From contig CBDUQU010000001.1 of NCBI GenBank assembly GCA_965369445.1, positions 1,614 to 65,613 of the forward strand: a DNA stretch of 64,000 bases, in the 5' to 3' direction. Position 1 is the stretch's first letter. Every line of letters starts with the position of its first letter. Below, piece by piece: positions 45,991 through 56,076 of the stretch. This DNA is from an uncultured bacterium. Its GTDB lineage: Bacteria; Zixibacteria; MSB-5A5; SM1-73. The translations under genes were made by a program, and so were the position numbers. Below the pieces are notes generated by a model. The model searched no databases, was not told the DNA's origin, and saw only the letters and a list, made by a program, of their open reading frames with translations.

Positions 45991-46596
45991 GAATGTCTTC
46001 AACAGCCAGATCAGCGCTATCACCACAACTATTGCCAAGACTATCTTGTTATAAATCTGCAATATCTGAAGAATCTCCCGCCAGTTTTGCTGCACCTTGA
46101 AGGCTAAGAGAAGTATTATGCCGTTCCACAGGATAATGCTTATGGAAGTGTAGATCGTCATTTTCTTCAAACTCACGTTCCCCACGCCCGCGGCCAGCGC
46201 GACCACGGATCTCACCCCGGTGAGAAACCGGCTGAAGATCAGAACCTTCTCCCCGTACCTGGCGAACCACCTTTCCACCTTTCCCAGGTGAGCCCGATCG
46301 AAGACCCCTTTTCCCCTGGTGAGAAAGAGCTTTCTCCCTTTGCCCTTCCCCAGAAGGTAAAGGAACATCGCGCCGCTGAAGCATCCGAAACCAGCAGAGA
46401 GAAAGACCAAGGGGAAGTTAAGATGGCCGGTTCCCGCCAAGTATCCTCCTGCGAAGGTAATCACGTCTCCCGGATATGGAGGAAATATGTTATCGAAAAA
46501 ATTACTGAATAAAATGAAACCATAAAACCAGATGGCTCCGTGTGTCAGCGCCAGGTTCAGAACGTTTTCAACTTTAAACCAAACGAGTTCACTCAT
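45967..46596 (-). CDS. DedA/SNARE-associated family membrane protein
   Basis: 209 aa with the DedA core (VITFAGGYLAGTGHLNFPLVFLSAGFGCFSGAMFLYLLGKGKGRKLF). Confidence 0.8.
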   Translation of the reverse strand: MSELVWFKVENVLNLALTHGAIWFYGFILFSNFFDNIFPPYPGDVITFAGGYLAGTGHLNFPLVFLSAGFGCFSGAMFLYLLGKGKGRKLFLTRGKGVFDRAHLGKVERWFARYGEKVLIFSRFLTGVRSVVALAAGVGNVSLKKMTIYTSISIILWNGIILLLAFKVQQNWREILQILQIYNKIVLAIVVVIALIWLLKTFRGKSVNG

Positions 46597-46653
46597 ATCG
46601 AATTCAAGTGATTCGCATGTCCGAAAGTCCCCCTGATGGGGGACATTTCGGAC

Positions 46654-47136
46654 CTACGGTCGCTTTTTGTCTACAAGAACCACCGCGTAGGCGGCCATCC
46701 CCTCTTTTGCTCCCGCAAATCCCATCCCCTCCGTTGTGGTCGCCTTCACCGAGACACAATCTACGTCAATCTCTAAAGCGCCTGCGATGTTTTTTCTCAT
46801 TCTTGGGATATACCCGGCCAGCTTCGGCTCTTCAGCCACGATGGTCGAATCTATGTTCGTTATGCTGGCGTTTTCCTTCTCCGCCAGATCATTTATCATT
46901 GACAGGATTTTTAGACTCGAGATGTCTTTGTATCTTTGATCCGTGTCCGAAAAATGCGTTCCTAAATCGCCCAAGGCCAATGCGCCAAGGATGGCCTCGC
47001 CAACCGCGTGAGAGAGAACGTCTGCGTCCGAGTGCCCCAGAAGCCCCTTCTCATGTGGGACTTTTACTCCCCCCAGGACTAGATCTCTTCCTTCCGTCAA
47101 CCTGTGGGCATCGTAACCGAATCCAACTCTAAGCAT
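46654..47136 (-). CDS. ispF: 2-C-methyl-D-erythritol 2,4-cyclodiphosphate synthase
   Basis: MLRVGFGYDAHRL...LLGHSDADVLSHAVGEAILGALALGDLGTHF matches the IspF metal and substrate motifs. Confidence 0.92.
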   Translation of the reverse strand: MLRVGFGYDAHRLTEGRDLVLGGVKVPHEKGLLGHSDADVLSHAVGEAILGALALGDLGTHFSDTDQRYKDISSLKILSMINDLAEKENASITNIDSTIVAEEPKLAGYIPRMRKNIAGALEIDVDCVSVKATTTEGMGFAGAKEGMAAYAVVLVDKKRP

Positions 47137-47165
47137 CTCTTTTTACTCCCAACCGATGGTATGCC

Positions 47166-47855
47166 TTATTTCTCATACGTCCGAATGAACTTCTCAGCTA
47201 TGACCAAATCTTCCGCTGTCGTTATTTTTATGTTCCGGTATTCCCCTTCAACAACCGTGACCTCCTGTCCTAATCTTTCGACCAGCATGGCGTCATCCGT
47301 TCCTACAAAACCCTCCTCGATGGCTTTCTCATATGCATTCAGGATAAATGAGTATTCAAACACCTGCGGGGTCTGTACCAACCACAACTTTTTTCGATCG
47401 AGCGTGGTCACGACGGAATTCCCTTCAACCCTCTTTATGGTATCCTTCGCTGGAATGGCCAGAATCACCGCTTTCTTTTCCTCACACAACCTGATCGACT
47501 CCGAGATCTTCTGCGGGGAGACAAAGGGCCTGACCCCATCGTGGATGGCCACCACCTTGGTGCTGTTGGGACACGCTTTCAGGCCAAGGTAAACTGAGTC
47601 CTGCCTTTCCTTACCTCCACAGACGATCTTTTTCACCTTTTTGAAACCATATGGGTCCACGACGGCCTGCGAGCAGTACCCCAGGTAATCCTCCGGCACG
47701 ACCAGAACGATTTGATCGATCGTCTCGCATGCCTCGAATCTCTGCACGCAGTGCGCCAGGATGGGCTTGTCACCCAGGTTCAGGAATTGCTTGGGCAGCT
47801 TCCCCTCGATCCTGGTTCCCTGTCCACCTGCCACTATGACGGCAACTGCGTTCAA
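47166..47855 (-). CDS. ispD: 2-C-methyl-D-erythritol 4-phosphate cytidylyltransferase
   Basis: N-terminal VAVIVAGGQGTRIEGKLPKQF nucleotide-binding loop; size 229 aa. Confidence 0.9.
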   Translation of the reverse strand: MNAVAVIVAGGQGTRIEGKLPKQFLNLGDKPILAHCVQRFEACETIDQIVLVVPEDYLGYCSQAVVDPYGFKKVKKIVCGGKERQDSVYLGLKACPNSTKVVAIHDGVRPFVSPQKISESIRLCEEKKAVILAIPAKDTIKRVEGNSVVTTLDRKKLWLVQTPQVFEYSFILNAYEKAIEEGFVGTDDAMLVERLGQEVTVVEGEYRNIKITTAEDLVIAEKFIRTYEK

Positions 47856-48011
47856 GACTACCTCCAGGTCATTCGGGTCGGATGTCCTACGGATCCGTTG
47901 GAAATCCGACCCCTACAAATCCCTCTAAGATTCTATCCGTTGCATCTGTTTAATCCGTTGACCCATCCGTTGCATCCGTTTAATCCGTTGACCCATCCGG
48001 TGACCAACTTT

Positions 48012-49055
48012 CTAAATAATCACCATCGCATCCCCATAGCTGTAGAACCGATACTTCTCCTTAACCGCCTCCTGATAAGCTTTGAGAATCAACTCTCTTG
48101 AGGCAAGAGCAGAGACTAAAAGGAGCAGGGTCGACCGGGGAAGATGAAAATTGGTTATCAGGGAATCGACCACCTTGAACTCGTAGGGGGGGTAGATGAA
48201 CTTCTTTGTCCATCCCGATTGCGGTTCTATCCACTCAGTCTCACCATGCTTCGCTGCGGTCTCTAATGCTCTCACCGTGGTGGTCCCCACGGCTACGATT
48301 CTCCTTCCGCTCCTTTTGATCCGGTTGATCTTCTCAGCCGAGGACTGGTCGATCTTGAAGTGTTCGGATGCCAGGGTGTGCTCTTCAGGATGCTCCACTC
48401 GAACCGGCCTGAAGCTGTCCCAGCCCACGTGAAGGGTTATAGCGATTCTCTCCACACCCTTACCTGCGATCTTCTCCAGCAGCTCCGCGGTGAAATGAAG
48501 CCCCGCAGTCGGAGCCGCCACCGCTCCGGTTTCCTGGGCGTACACTGTCTGGTAGGTGTTCCTATCACCTGCTTCCGCTTCTCTCTTTATATACGGGGGG
48601 AGCGGTACCTTTCCGATTCTCTCGAGAACCTCGAAGAGGTCTCCGTTGAAATTGACCTTTGCCAGCCGGCTTCCCGACTCGGTCCGCCCCAATATCTCAC
48701 AGGCCAGGCCGTCCTGTTCAAAAGCGATCAGGGAACCTTCCGGAACTTTTTTGTGGGGCTTAACCAGAACCTCCCAGAGTTTGTCGTCTACTTCCTTCAG
48801 AAAGAAGACCTCCACCTTTCGGTCATTCTTCTGATTTATCCCGAAGACCCGGGCGGGAAAAACCCTGGTCTGGTTGATAACCAGCCCATCACCCTTCTCC
48901 AGATAATCAATCAGCTGATAGAAGAGCTTCTGGTCGATTCTCCCGCTTTTTCTATCCAGGACTAAAAGCCGGGAATGATCCCTCTTTTCCGCCGGATACT
49001 GCGCAATCAAACTTCTGGGAAGAGGGTAGTCGTAATCTTTCAGCGAAATGCTCAT
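48012..49055 (-). CDS. queA: S-adenosylmethionine:tRNA ribosyltransferase-isomerase
   Basis: The canonical QueA N-terminus LKDYDYPLPRSLIAQYPAEKRDHSRLLVL is present; 347 aa. Confidence 0.92.
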   Translation of the reverse strand: MSISLKDYDYPLPRSLIAQYPAEKRDHSRLLVLDRKSGRIDQKLFYQLIDYLEKGDGLVINQTRVFPARVFGINQKNDRKVEVFFLKEVDDKLWEVLVKPHKKVPEGSLIAFEQDGLACEILGRTESGSRLAKVNFNGDLFEVLERIGKVPLPPYIKREAEAGDRNTYQTVYAQETGAVAAPTAGLHFTAELLEKIAGKGVERIAITLHVGWDSFRPVRVEHPEEHTLASEHFKIDQSSAEKINRIKRSGRRIVAVGTTTVRALETAAKHGETEWIEPQSGWTKKFIYPPYEFKVVDSLITNFHLPRSTLLLLVSALASRELILKAYQEAVKEKYRFYSYGDAMVII

Positions 49056-49279
49056 TTCTTAGACCAGAGGAAAACTGCCGAGAGCAGAAGTGAAAGGATG
49101 ATGCTGGTAATGATACAGGTAACCACGGGGAAATGGAATTCGAAATTCTTCTTCTCGATATATATGTCTCCTGGCAGCTTTCCGAGCACGCCTGCTTTGC
49201 CAAGAACAAAGACGATCACGCCGACTAAGATCAGGAAAACTCCAACAGCGATTAGAATCTTGACAAAGGTATCGAACAT
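49052..49279 (-). CDS. DUF2905-like small membrane protein
   Basis: Trimmed to MFDTFVKILIAVGVFLILVGVIVFVLGK... (75 aa). The track's longer version overlaps queH. Confidence 0.45.
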   Translation of the reverse strand: MFDTFVKILIAVGVFLILVGVIVFVLGKAGVLGKLPGDIYIEKKNFEFHFPVVTCIITSIILSLLLSAVFLWSKK

Positions 49280-49355
49280 GGTCGTTGTTCGCAGGTTTGT
49301 TTCGGAAAGGTTGATCTGTATCGGATCACAGGCAACTGACATTCTCAGACTTTTT

Positions 49356-49901
49356 TCACTTTTCCACTTTGGCTTTGCGCAGGTACCGCTCCTTTTCGCT
49401 GAAGATGCAGCCGCAGTATTTTTGACTGTAAAGCTCCATACTTTTGGCTTCGTCCTTTCCCTCGTAGAAGCCCGGCCGGAAATCGTCATAGAAGAATTTG
49501 ATCCCTAGATCTCCCCCGATCTTCTCGCCTATCCGTTTTATCAATTCATGCTTCTGATGGGGACTGATCAAAAGCGTGGTGGTGAAGGCATCGAAGTTCT
49601 GCTCCTTGGCATAGCTGGCGGCTTTTATCAGCCTGATGGTATAGCAGAATCGACAGCGATTCTCCACATCCTGGATCGCCACCTTCAGGAACTTTTCCAG
49701 ATCATACGAATCGTTATAAAAAACCGGAAAGGATTTTTTCTGCTCCAGCGATTTTAGCGCATCCAGTCTCTTCTGGTATTCGGTGAATGGATGGATATTG
49801 GGGTTGTACCAATACCCGAATACCTGATGCCCGTTCACCGAGAGCATTTTGAAGGGATGGATGGCGCAATTGGCACAGCAGACGTGCAGTAGAATCCTCA
49901 T
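49356..49901 (-). CDS. queH: epoxyqueuosine reductase QueH (DUF208 family)
   Basis: MRILLHVCCANCAIHP... Cys-rich N-terminus and C-terminal YCGCIFSE, as in DUF208/QueH; adjacent to queA. Confidence 0.75.
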   Translation of the reverse strand: MRILLHVCCANCAIHPFKMLSVNGHQVFGYWYNPNIHPFTEYQKRLDALKSLEQKKSFPVFYNDSYDLEKFLKVAIQDVENRCRFCYTIRLIKAASYAKEQNFDAFTTTLLISPHQKHELIKRIGEKIGGDLGIKFFYDDFRPGFYEGKDEAKSMELYSQKYCGCIFSEKERYLRKAKVEK

Positions 49902-49977
49902 CCTCCCCACCTCCCACAAGTCCGCCGTCGGTTGTCCGCCGTCCGCCACTGTCTTGATTTACCTTCTGAAATCCGAG

Positions 49978-51003
49978 TCATAATAGGCTTTCCTGTGCCC
50001 CTTTCTCCCTGGTTATGCCCAAATGCTTGTATGCCAGCTCGGTGGCGGTTCTGCCCCGCGGGGTGCGATTCAAGAGACCCTCCTGAATCAGGAACGGCTC
50101 GTATACCTCCTCGATGGTCTCCCCCTCCTCACCTACGGCCACCGCCAGGGTGTTTATCCCCACCGGGCCGCCCTTGAACTTATGGATGATTACCTCCATT
50201 ATCTTCTTGTCCATGTCGTCTAAGCCCAGTTCGTCCACGTCCAGCATCAGCAAGGCGTCGTGGGCAACCTGCCGGTCTATCTTTCCCTTCGCCTTGACCT
50301 GGGCATAGTCTCTCACCCGGCGAAGAATTCGGTTGGCCACCCGGGGAGTGCCCCTGGATCTATTGGCGATCTCCCGGGCTCCCTCCTTGTCGATGCTGAC
50401 TTCTAATATCTTGGCCGATCTCAGAACGATCTTATACAGGTCCTCCGGCTGATAGAAATCCAGCCTCCCCACCACCCCGAATCTTGAGCGCAAAGGTGAG
50501 GTCAAAAGACCGGCCCTGGTGGTGGCTCCTACCAGGGTGAAGGGCTGCAGGTCGATTTTCACCGAGCGGGCAGATGGACCCTTCTCTATCATGATATCTA
50601 TCTTGAAGTCCTCCATGGCCGGATAGAGGTACTCCTCCACCACGTGGTTGAGCCGGTGAATCTCGTCAATGAACAAAACCTCCTTCTCACCTAAGTTGGT
50701 CAGAAGCCCGGCTAAGTCTGCCGGCCGATCCATCACCGGGCCGGAGGTAGACTTGATATTTGCATCCATCTCCCTGGCGATTATGTGGGCCAGCGTGGTC
50801 TTTCCCAACCCGGGAGGACCGCAAAATAAGACGTGATCCAAAGGCTCGCCTCTTTTCCTTGCTGCCTGGATGAAGATGCTCAGGTTCTCCTTGACCTTCT
50901 CCTGACCCACGAACTCGTCGAATTTCGTGGGTCTTAAGGTGACATCATATTCGAATTCATCTTCCAGCCTGTCCGGAACCGTGACCCTCTGTGGCAATGT
51001 CAA
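49978..51003 (-). CDS. ruvB: Holliday junction branch-migration ATPase
   Basis: Walker [12 protein letters not shown]; the AAA+ fold and a winged-helix C-terminus; conserved along the whole length. Confidence 0.95.
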   Translation of the reverse strand: MTLPQRVTVPDRLEDEFEYDVTLRPTKFDEFVGQEKVKENLSIFIQAARKRGEPLDHVLFCGPPGLGKTTLAHIIAREMDANIKSTSGPVMDRPADLAGLLTNLGEKEVLFIDEIHRLNHVVEEYLYPAMEDFKIDIMIEKGPSARSVKIDLQPFTLVGATTRAGLLTSPLRSRFGVVGRLDFYQPEDLYKIVLRSAKILEVSIDKEGAREIANRSRGTPRVANRILRRVRDYAQVKAKGKIDRQVAHDALLMLDVDELGLDDMDKKIMEVIIHKFKGGPVGINTLAVAVGEEGETIEEVYEPFLIQEGLLNRTPRGRTATELAYKHLGITREKGAQESLL

Positions 51004-51110
51004 CCTCTCCGTTTGTCAATCTAACTACGTTGAAGCTTTCCTCTCCGACAATTTCTTTTCATCGTCCCGCAGCGCAAATCAAAAAAAAGATGTCGCCTCA
51101 TCACTTCCTT

Positions 51111-51713
51111 TCACTTGGCATATTTCAACACCCTTTTTATCAACTCCTCCACAGGCAAAGTTTCCTTCGTCTCTTCAGTTACCTTGTCCAGCGCCCTCCT
51201 GGCATCAACTTTGGTGTAGCCGAGTGAGATCAGGGCCAAAGCTGCCTCGTCCACCGCCGGAGTTAATATGGCCTCTTCTTCCCTCAGATCCTTTCTCTCA
51301 CCTAAATCCACCTTGCTCAGTTTCTCCTTTAATTCCACGATCAACCGTTGGGCCTTTTTCTTGCCTACACCGGAGATGGCGGTCAAAACATCTAAATCCT
51401 CCTGAAGAACAGATCTCTGAAACTCTTGCACTGAAATGCAGGAAAGAATGCTTAAAGCCATTCTCGGTCCTACTCCATTCACCCCGATCAATAACTCAAA
51501 AAGTTCTTTTTCCGGCTTGGTGGAGAACCCATAAAGCTTAAGCTCATCCTCCCGCACGTGTTGATAGGTCAGAATCTTAACCATCTGGCCAGTCTCAACT
51601 AAACTACCGTAAGTTGAGACCGGGATGTTTACCGCGTACCCCACCCCGTTAACCTCCAAGATCAAGAGGGTAGGGTTTTTCTCAATTAGTTTCCCTTCCA
51701 GATAGGCGATCAA
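51111..51713 (-). CDS. ruvA: Holliday junction DNA-binding protein
   Basis: MIAYLEGKL...NGVGYAVNIP...LIGVNGVGPRMALSIL (tandem HhH motifs). Confidence 0.9.
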   Translation of the reverse strand: MIAYLEGKLIEKNPTLLILEVNGVGYAVNIPVSTYGSLVETGQMVKILTYQHVREDELKLYGFSTKPEKELFELLIGVNGVGPRMALSILSCISVQEFQRSVLQEDLDVLTAISGVGKKKAQRLIVELKEKLSKVDLGERKDLREEEAILTPAVDEAALALISLGYTKVDARRALDKVTEETKETLPVEELIKRVLKYAK

Positions 51714-52189
51714 TTTTCTGTCCTTAAATATCTTCTTTTCGTTTCAGAATTCCAAGATTAAGCAATTCAAACTGAAAAATTGATTTTTTGCTTACCAGAA
51801 CCTAACTTAAGTTAGGTTCTGGTACTACAACTTTAGGTTCTTCTCCAATTCAGTTGTCCGAATTTGGATCCATAGGACTAAAATTCTTTATAAGGAAAAG
51901 GTTCTTTTCGACTTAATGAAACTGACATCTCAAAGACCTCACCCCCTATCCCCCTCTCCATAAAATGGAGAGGGGGAACAAAGGGGGAGAGGTAAAAGAA
52001 AGCCTGTGGTTTTTTTAGTGGAAATAATATGACCTTGTGCATTAGCAACTCTTTTGGAGAAGACCTAAATTTTATAAACCGTTCAATGATAGCCACTTAT
52101 TTAGACACAAGTCAAAAAATCAGAAGAGTGTTGTCGCTACCGAATTCAAGATTTGACGTTTAACGGTTTTTGACCAAGCATAAAACATA

Positions 52190-52714
52190 TCAATCAGCAG
52201 ACACTCTGGTAGACATTATGTAATTACGTCTGATTCTCTGAGCATGACACAAGGCTACGGCCAGAGCGTCCGCGGCATCCAGCGGCTGGGGCAGCTCTTT
52301 CAATCTTAAGAGCTTCTTCACCATGAACTGCACCTGGAACTTGGATGCATTTCCGGTACCCACGACGGCGGACTTAACCTCCTTGGGAGAATACTCACCT
52401 ATGGGAAGGCCGGATTTGGAAGCGGCCAGAATGGCCACGCCCCGCGCCTGTCCCATTATCAATGCCGACCTTGCATTCTTGCTGTAGAAGGCCTGCTCGA
52501 TGGCAAACTGTTGGGGGCAATGGTCCTCTATTACTTTGAGCAGCCCTTCGAAAATCTCCTTTAGCTTCTCCGGGAGCGTGCTGTGAGTACCAGGCTCGAT
52601 GACCCCGCTTTCTATCAGGTCATTCTTGTCGCCATTCGAATTTATCAAACCGTACCCGGTGACTTTGCTGCCCGGATCCACGCCCAAGATTGTCACTCCG
52701 TCTTCTCTTCTCAT
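52190..52714 (-). CDS. ruvC: crossover junction endodeoxyribonuclease
   Basis: ILGVDPGSKVTGYGL N-terminus and the RNase H-like fold of RuvC. Confidence 0.9.
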   Translation of the reverse strand: MRREDGVTILGVDPGSKVTGYGLINSNGDKNDLIESGVIEPGTHSTLPEKLKEIFEGLLKVIEDHCPQQFAIEQAFYSKNARSALIMGQARGVAILAASKSGLPIGEYSPKEVKSAVVGTGNASKFQVQFMVKKLLRLKELPQPLDAADALAVALCHAQRIRRNYIMSTRVSAD

Positions 52715-52751
52715 TCTTCCTGTCGACTGAGAACTGCCAACTTCAAACTGA

Positions 52752-53501
52752 CTACGCGCTCATCTGCTCCATTATCTCGATGGCGATATCGAAGTTGGCA
52801 TACACCTTCTGCACGTCGTCGTGATCCTCCAGTTCCTCCATCAGCTTGAGCATCTGCTCTGCCTGTCTGCCTTCCAGTTTGATGGTGGTCTGGGGGATCA
52901 TGGTCAACTCCGCCTGGTTCATGGGTATGTTCTTTCCATCCAATGCTTTCCTGACTGCATCGAATTTCTCGAAGGGGGTTACCACCTCGAAGTAATCTTC
53001 CTCGGACGACATGTCGGAAGCGCCCGCCTCCAGCGCTATCTCCAACAGTTGATCTTCGTCCACCTTTCCCCTGTCCACCTGAATGACGCCTCTCCTCTCG
53101 AACATCCACCCCACGCATCCCACCTCTCCTAAGTTCCCCCCGTGTCTGGCGAAGATGTTCCTGACGTCGGAGACGGCGCGGTTCTTGTTGTCAGTCAAGG
53201 TCTCCACCAATACCGCCACACCGCCGGGACCGTAACCCTCGTAACTGACCTGGTCGTAGGATACACCGGGAAGTTCGCCGGTTCCCTTCTTTATGGCCTT
53301 CTCGATGTTCGTTGCCGGCATGTTTGCCGCCTTGGCGGCCTGAACGGCGCTTCTCAGGCGGGCATTCGCGTCGCGATCTCCTCCTCCTTCTCTCGCGGCC
53401 ACGGTAAGCTCCTTGATCAGCTTGGTGAATATCTTACCCCGCGCCGCGTCTGCCTTGCCTTTCTTACGTTTTATCGTGCTCCATTTAGAGTGTCCGGACA
53501 T
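52752..53501 (-). CDS. yebC: YebC/PmpR family DNA-binding transcriptional regulator
   Basis: [28 protein letters not shown] is the invariant N-terminus of this family; it sits upstream of ruvCAB as usual. Confidence 0.9.
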   Translation of the reverse strand: MSGHSKWSTIKRKKGKADAARGKIFTKLIKELTVAAREGGGDRDANARLRSAVQAAKAANMPATNIEKAIKKGTGELPGVSYDQVSYEGYGPGGVAVLVETLTDNKNRAVSDVRNIFARHGGNLGEVGCVGWMFERRGVIQVDRGKVDEDQLLEIALEAGASDMSSEEDYFEVVTPFEKFDAVRKALDGKNIPMNQAELTMIPQTTIKLEGRQAEQMLKLMEELEDHDDVQKVYANFDIAIEIMEQMSA

Positions 53502-53877
53502 ACTGACCTCCTCATCTCTTCTGAGTTTTCTTCTCTTAGCATCCCATCAGCCCCCTCTCTTTTCACTCAAAACCGAATCCGCCTGAAGAGGGCGACTCAC
53601 AGCAGCGGACTGGTTTGTTCGTCCATTAAGTTAATACGCTCTCCGGCAAAAGGCAACACAAATCTAATCGCCTAAAAGTCGCTTGCTTGCGGGAGATTGG
53701 CATATCAGGAGGGAATATCGAGAAAACAGGTCACTCTACCAAGCAAAGCCAGAAGACAGTTGTACAAGTATTGACAAATTGGGTTTTTTACCTGATATTC
53801 AAGAGACCGGGTCGTAAGATCGAAAGTTGAAACAACTTAATCAGCAAGAGAAGTATTATGATATGGAGGAAGGCCAA

Positions 53878-54654
53878 ATGAAATCAAAAACCTATATCAT
53901 TTTCGCCCTTTTGTTTGGATGCTTATGCGCACAGACTGCATCCGCCCAGACCGACATAATTACTGCAGACTCCATCATCCACAGGGTTACCCGGACCATG
54001 AATCCGGCGCAATCTGAGGGCAAGATGCAGATGACCATAATGACCACCTCTAAAAAGACGCGCACGTTCGTTTATCTGACATACTCCAAGAATCACGGCG
54101 AGAAAACGCTGATGAAGTACTTGGAGCCCAGCCGGGTAAAGGGGCAGGCGATTCTGATGCTGAACAATGCGGACGATATCTGGGTCTACTTCCCCCGCAC
54201 GCGCAGGGTAAGGAAGCTGGCCACTCACGCCAAGAAGCAGAAGATGGAGGGGAGCGACTTCTCCTACGAAGACATGGGAGCGGGAGATGCCTTCATCGAG
54301 GAGTTTAACTCCCGCCTTGTGGGGGAAGAGAAAAAGGAGGGACGGCGCTGCTATAAGCTTGAGCTGAAGCGCAAGCCAAAAAGCACCTCCGGTTATTCGA
54401 GACTGCTGATGTGGGTGGATAAGGAGAACTTCGTCCCGCTGGTAATGGATTACTATCACGATGACGATTCCACCCTGTTGGAGAAAGAGCTGGTGCTGAG
54501 CGACATCAAGTCAATCGACGGAATACCAACACCCATGCGGATGGTGATGTTCAACAAACTGGATAGAACCCAAACCAGCATGGAGTTTCTTGAGGTAACC
54601 TACGACGTGGATTTAGAGGACGATCTCTTCTCAGAAAGGGGAATGAAGAAATGA
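53878..54654 (+). CDS. outer-membrane lipoprotein-sorting (LolA-like, PF17131-type) protein, secreted
   Basis: Signal peptide MKSKTYIIFALLFGCLCAQTASA; about 250 aa. It pairs with the MMPL exporter gene 1.4 kb downstream (separated by the DUF1302-like gene), as this family commonly does. Confidence 0.6.
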   Translation: MKSKTYIIFALLFGCLCAQTASAQTDIITADSIIHRVTRTMNPAQSEGKMQMTIMTTSKKTRTFVYLTYSKNHGEKTLMKYLEPSRVKGQAILMLNNADDIWVYFPRTRRVRKLATHAKKQKMEGSDFSYEDMGAGDAFIEEFNSRLVGEEKKEGRRCYKLELKRKPKSTSGYSRLLMWVDKENFVPLVMDYYHDDDSTLLEKELVLSDIKSIDGIPTPMRMVMFNKLDRTQTSMEFLEVTYDVDLEDDLFSERGMKK

Positions 54655-55826
54655 AAAAGTTCCTCTGCGCAACTGTTCTTTCTTTTTTGCTGATCCCCCG
54701 AGCGACTGCTCAGGACCTGGACATCTATGGATATTTTGAGCCGCAATTCAATCTGATATCTATAGACGATGACTCCTATCAGCTTCAGTCCAACAAGCTG
54801 CGGGTGGATCTGAAAAGCTATCCCGGCGAGGACATAGAGTTCGGAGCGAACTTTGACTGGATAGTCTACCACGGAAAGCGCGACTGGAATTACTGGGATT
54901 TCATTCCGGAAAGGGTCACTTCTCTGTATCATCCTCTGAGGAGGTATCGTTACCAATTCAGCTTTGACGACCGCACCTTTCTGGACAACGCTTACCTGCG
55001 CCTTTCTTTTCCTTCTTTTGATTTGATGATCGGAAAACAACAGATATCGCTGGGCACCGGTTATGCCTGGAATCCCACCGACGTTTTTAACGTCAAGGAC
55101 CTGACCGATCCGACGTACGAGCAGCCCGGTCACAATGCTATCCGCGTTGACTGGCCGTTAAGAAACGGCTTCGGCATTCTGGCATTGTATTCGCCGGAAT
55201 CTACCTGGGAAAATTCGGGAAAGCTTCTGCGTCTTAAAGGACGCCGGGGACACTTCGACTTCTCAGTCATCGGGGCGGAAACAGAATGGGGCGTGACTGA
55301 CTATGAATACCCTTCCTTCAACCTTTTCACCTCTCACAAGCGCCGGTTGCTTGGCGGCGACTTCGCCGGAGAGCTTCTCGGACTGGGCGCGTGGGGAGAG
55401 GCTGCCTATAATTTTGTTGGAGATTTCGAGGATTTTTGGGAGTTGTTGATTGGTGGTGATTATACGTTTGATTCGCAAGCTTACCTGATGCTCGAGTTTT
55501 ACCACCACTCACTCGGCAAATCTAATTACCGGGATTACGATCTAAATGATTGGCTCCGCTTTTTCTATCAGGAGCAGAAGAGCCTCACCCGGGATCAAGT
55601 CTACTGCCTGATCCAGTATCCACTAACTGACTTAATCAAAATTGGCGGATCAACGCTCCTCAGCCTCTCGGACGGCAGCATTGCTCTGGTTCCCACAGTG
55701 CTCTACAGCTTTCAGGAAAATATCGAATTCACCTTGATCGGCAACGTCAACGTCGGCCAGGAGGGCAAAGCTTACGGTAGCAGCCAGGGACATAGCCTGC
55801 TTCTGCGGGGCCGGGTCTATTTCTGA
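54651..55826 (+). CDS. outer-membrane beta-barrel protein (DUF1302-like)
   Basis: Signal peptide; alternating amphipathic beta-strand composition; C-terminal aromatic residue (YF). 4-bp overlap with the LolA-like gene. Confidence 0.5.
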   Translation: MKKFLCATVLSFLLIPRATAQDLDIYGYFEPQFNLISIDDDSYQLQSNKLRVDLKSYPGEDIEFGANFDWIVYHGKRDWNYWDFIPERVTSLYHPLRRYRYQFSFDDRTFLDNAYLRLSFPSFDLMIGKQQISLGTGYAWNPTDVFNVKDLTDPTYEQPGHNAIRVDWPLRNGFGILALYSPESTWENSGKLLRLKGRRGHFDFSVIGAETEWGVTDYEYPSFNLFTSHKRRLLGGDFAGELLGLGAWGEAAYNFVGDFEDFWELLIGGDYTFDSQAYLMLEFYHHSLGKSNYRDYDLNDWLRFFYQEQKSLTRDQVYCLIQYPLTDLIKIGGSTLLSLSDGSIALVPTVLYSFQENIEFTLIGNVNVGQEGKAYGSSQGHSLLLRGRVYF

Positions 55827-56076
55827 TACCTCACCCCCTTTTCTTCCCCCTCTGTTTTATGGAGAGGGGTTCACCCTGCCCTTCGGTCCTGCCCTTCGGT
55901 CCTGCCCTTCGGTCCTGAGACCTCAGGGTCGAAGGAAGACCTCAGGGTCGAAGGAAAGGGATTTCCCTCGATCCTGCACTTCGTCCTGAGACTCAGTGTC
56001 GAAGGAAGATCTTCGGGATCGAAGGACACCCTGAAGGGGGAACAGGGGGAGAGGTTGACGAAAGGATGAATCAAAA

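Noticed and set aside
55876-56010. Possible CRISPR array from short tandem repeats
   Set aside because: The units are 13-20 bp, directly adjacent with no unique spacers, and partly palindromic. There are no cas genes. This is a MITE/REP-like repeat.
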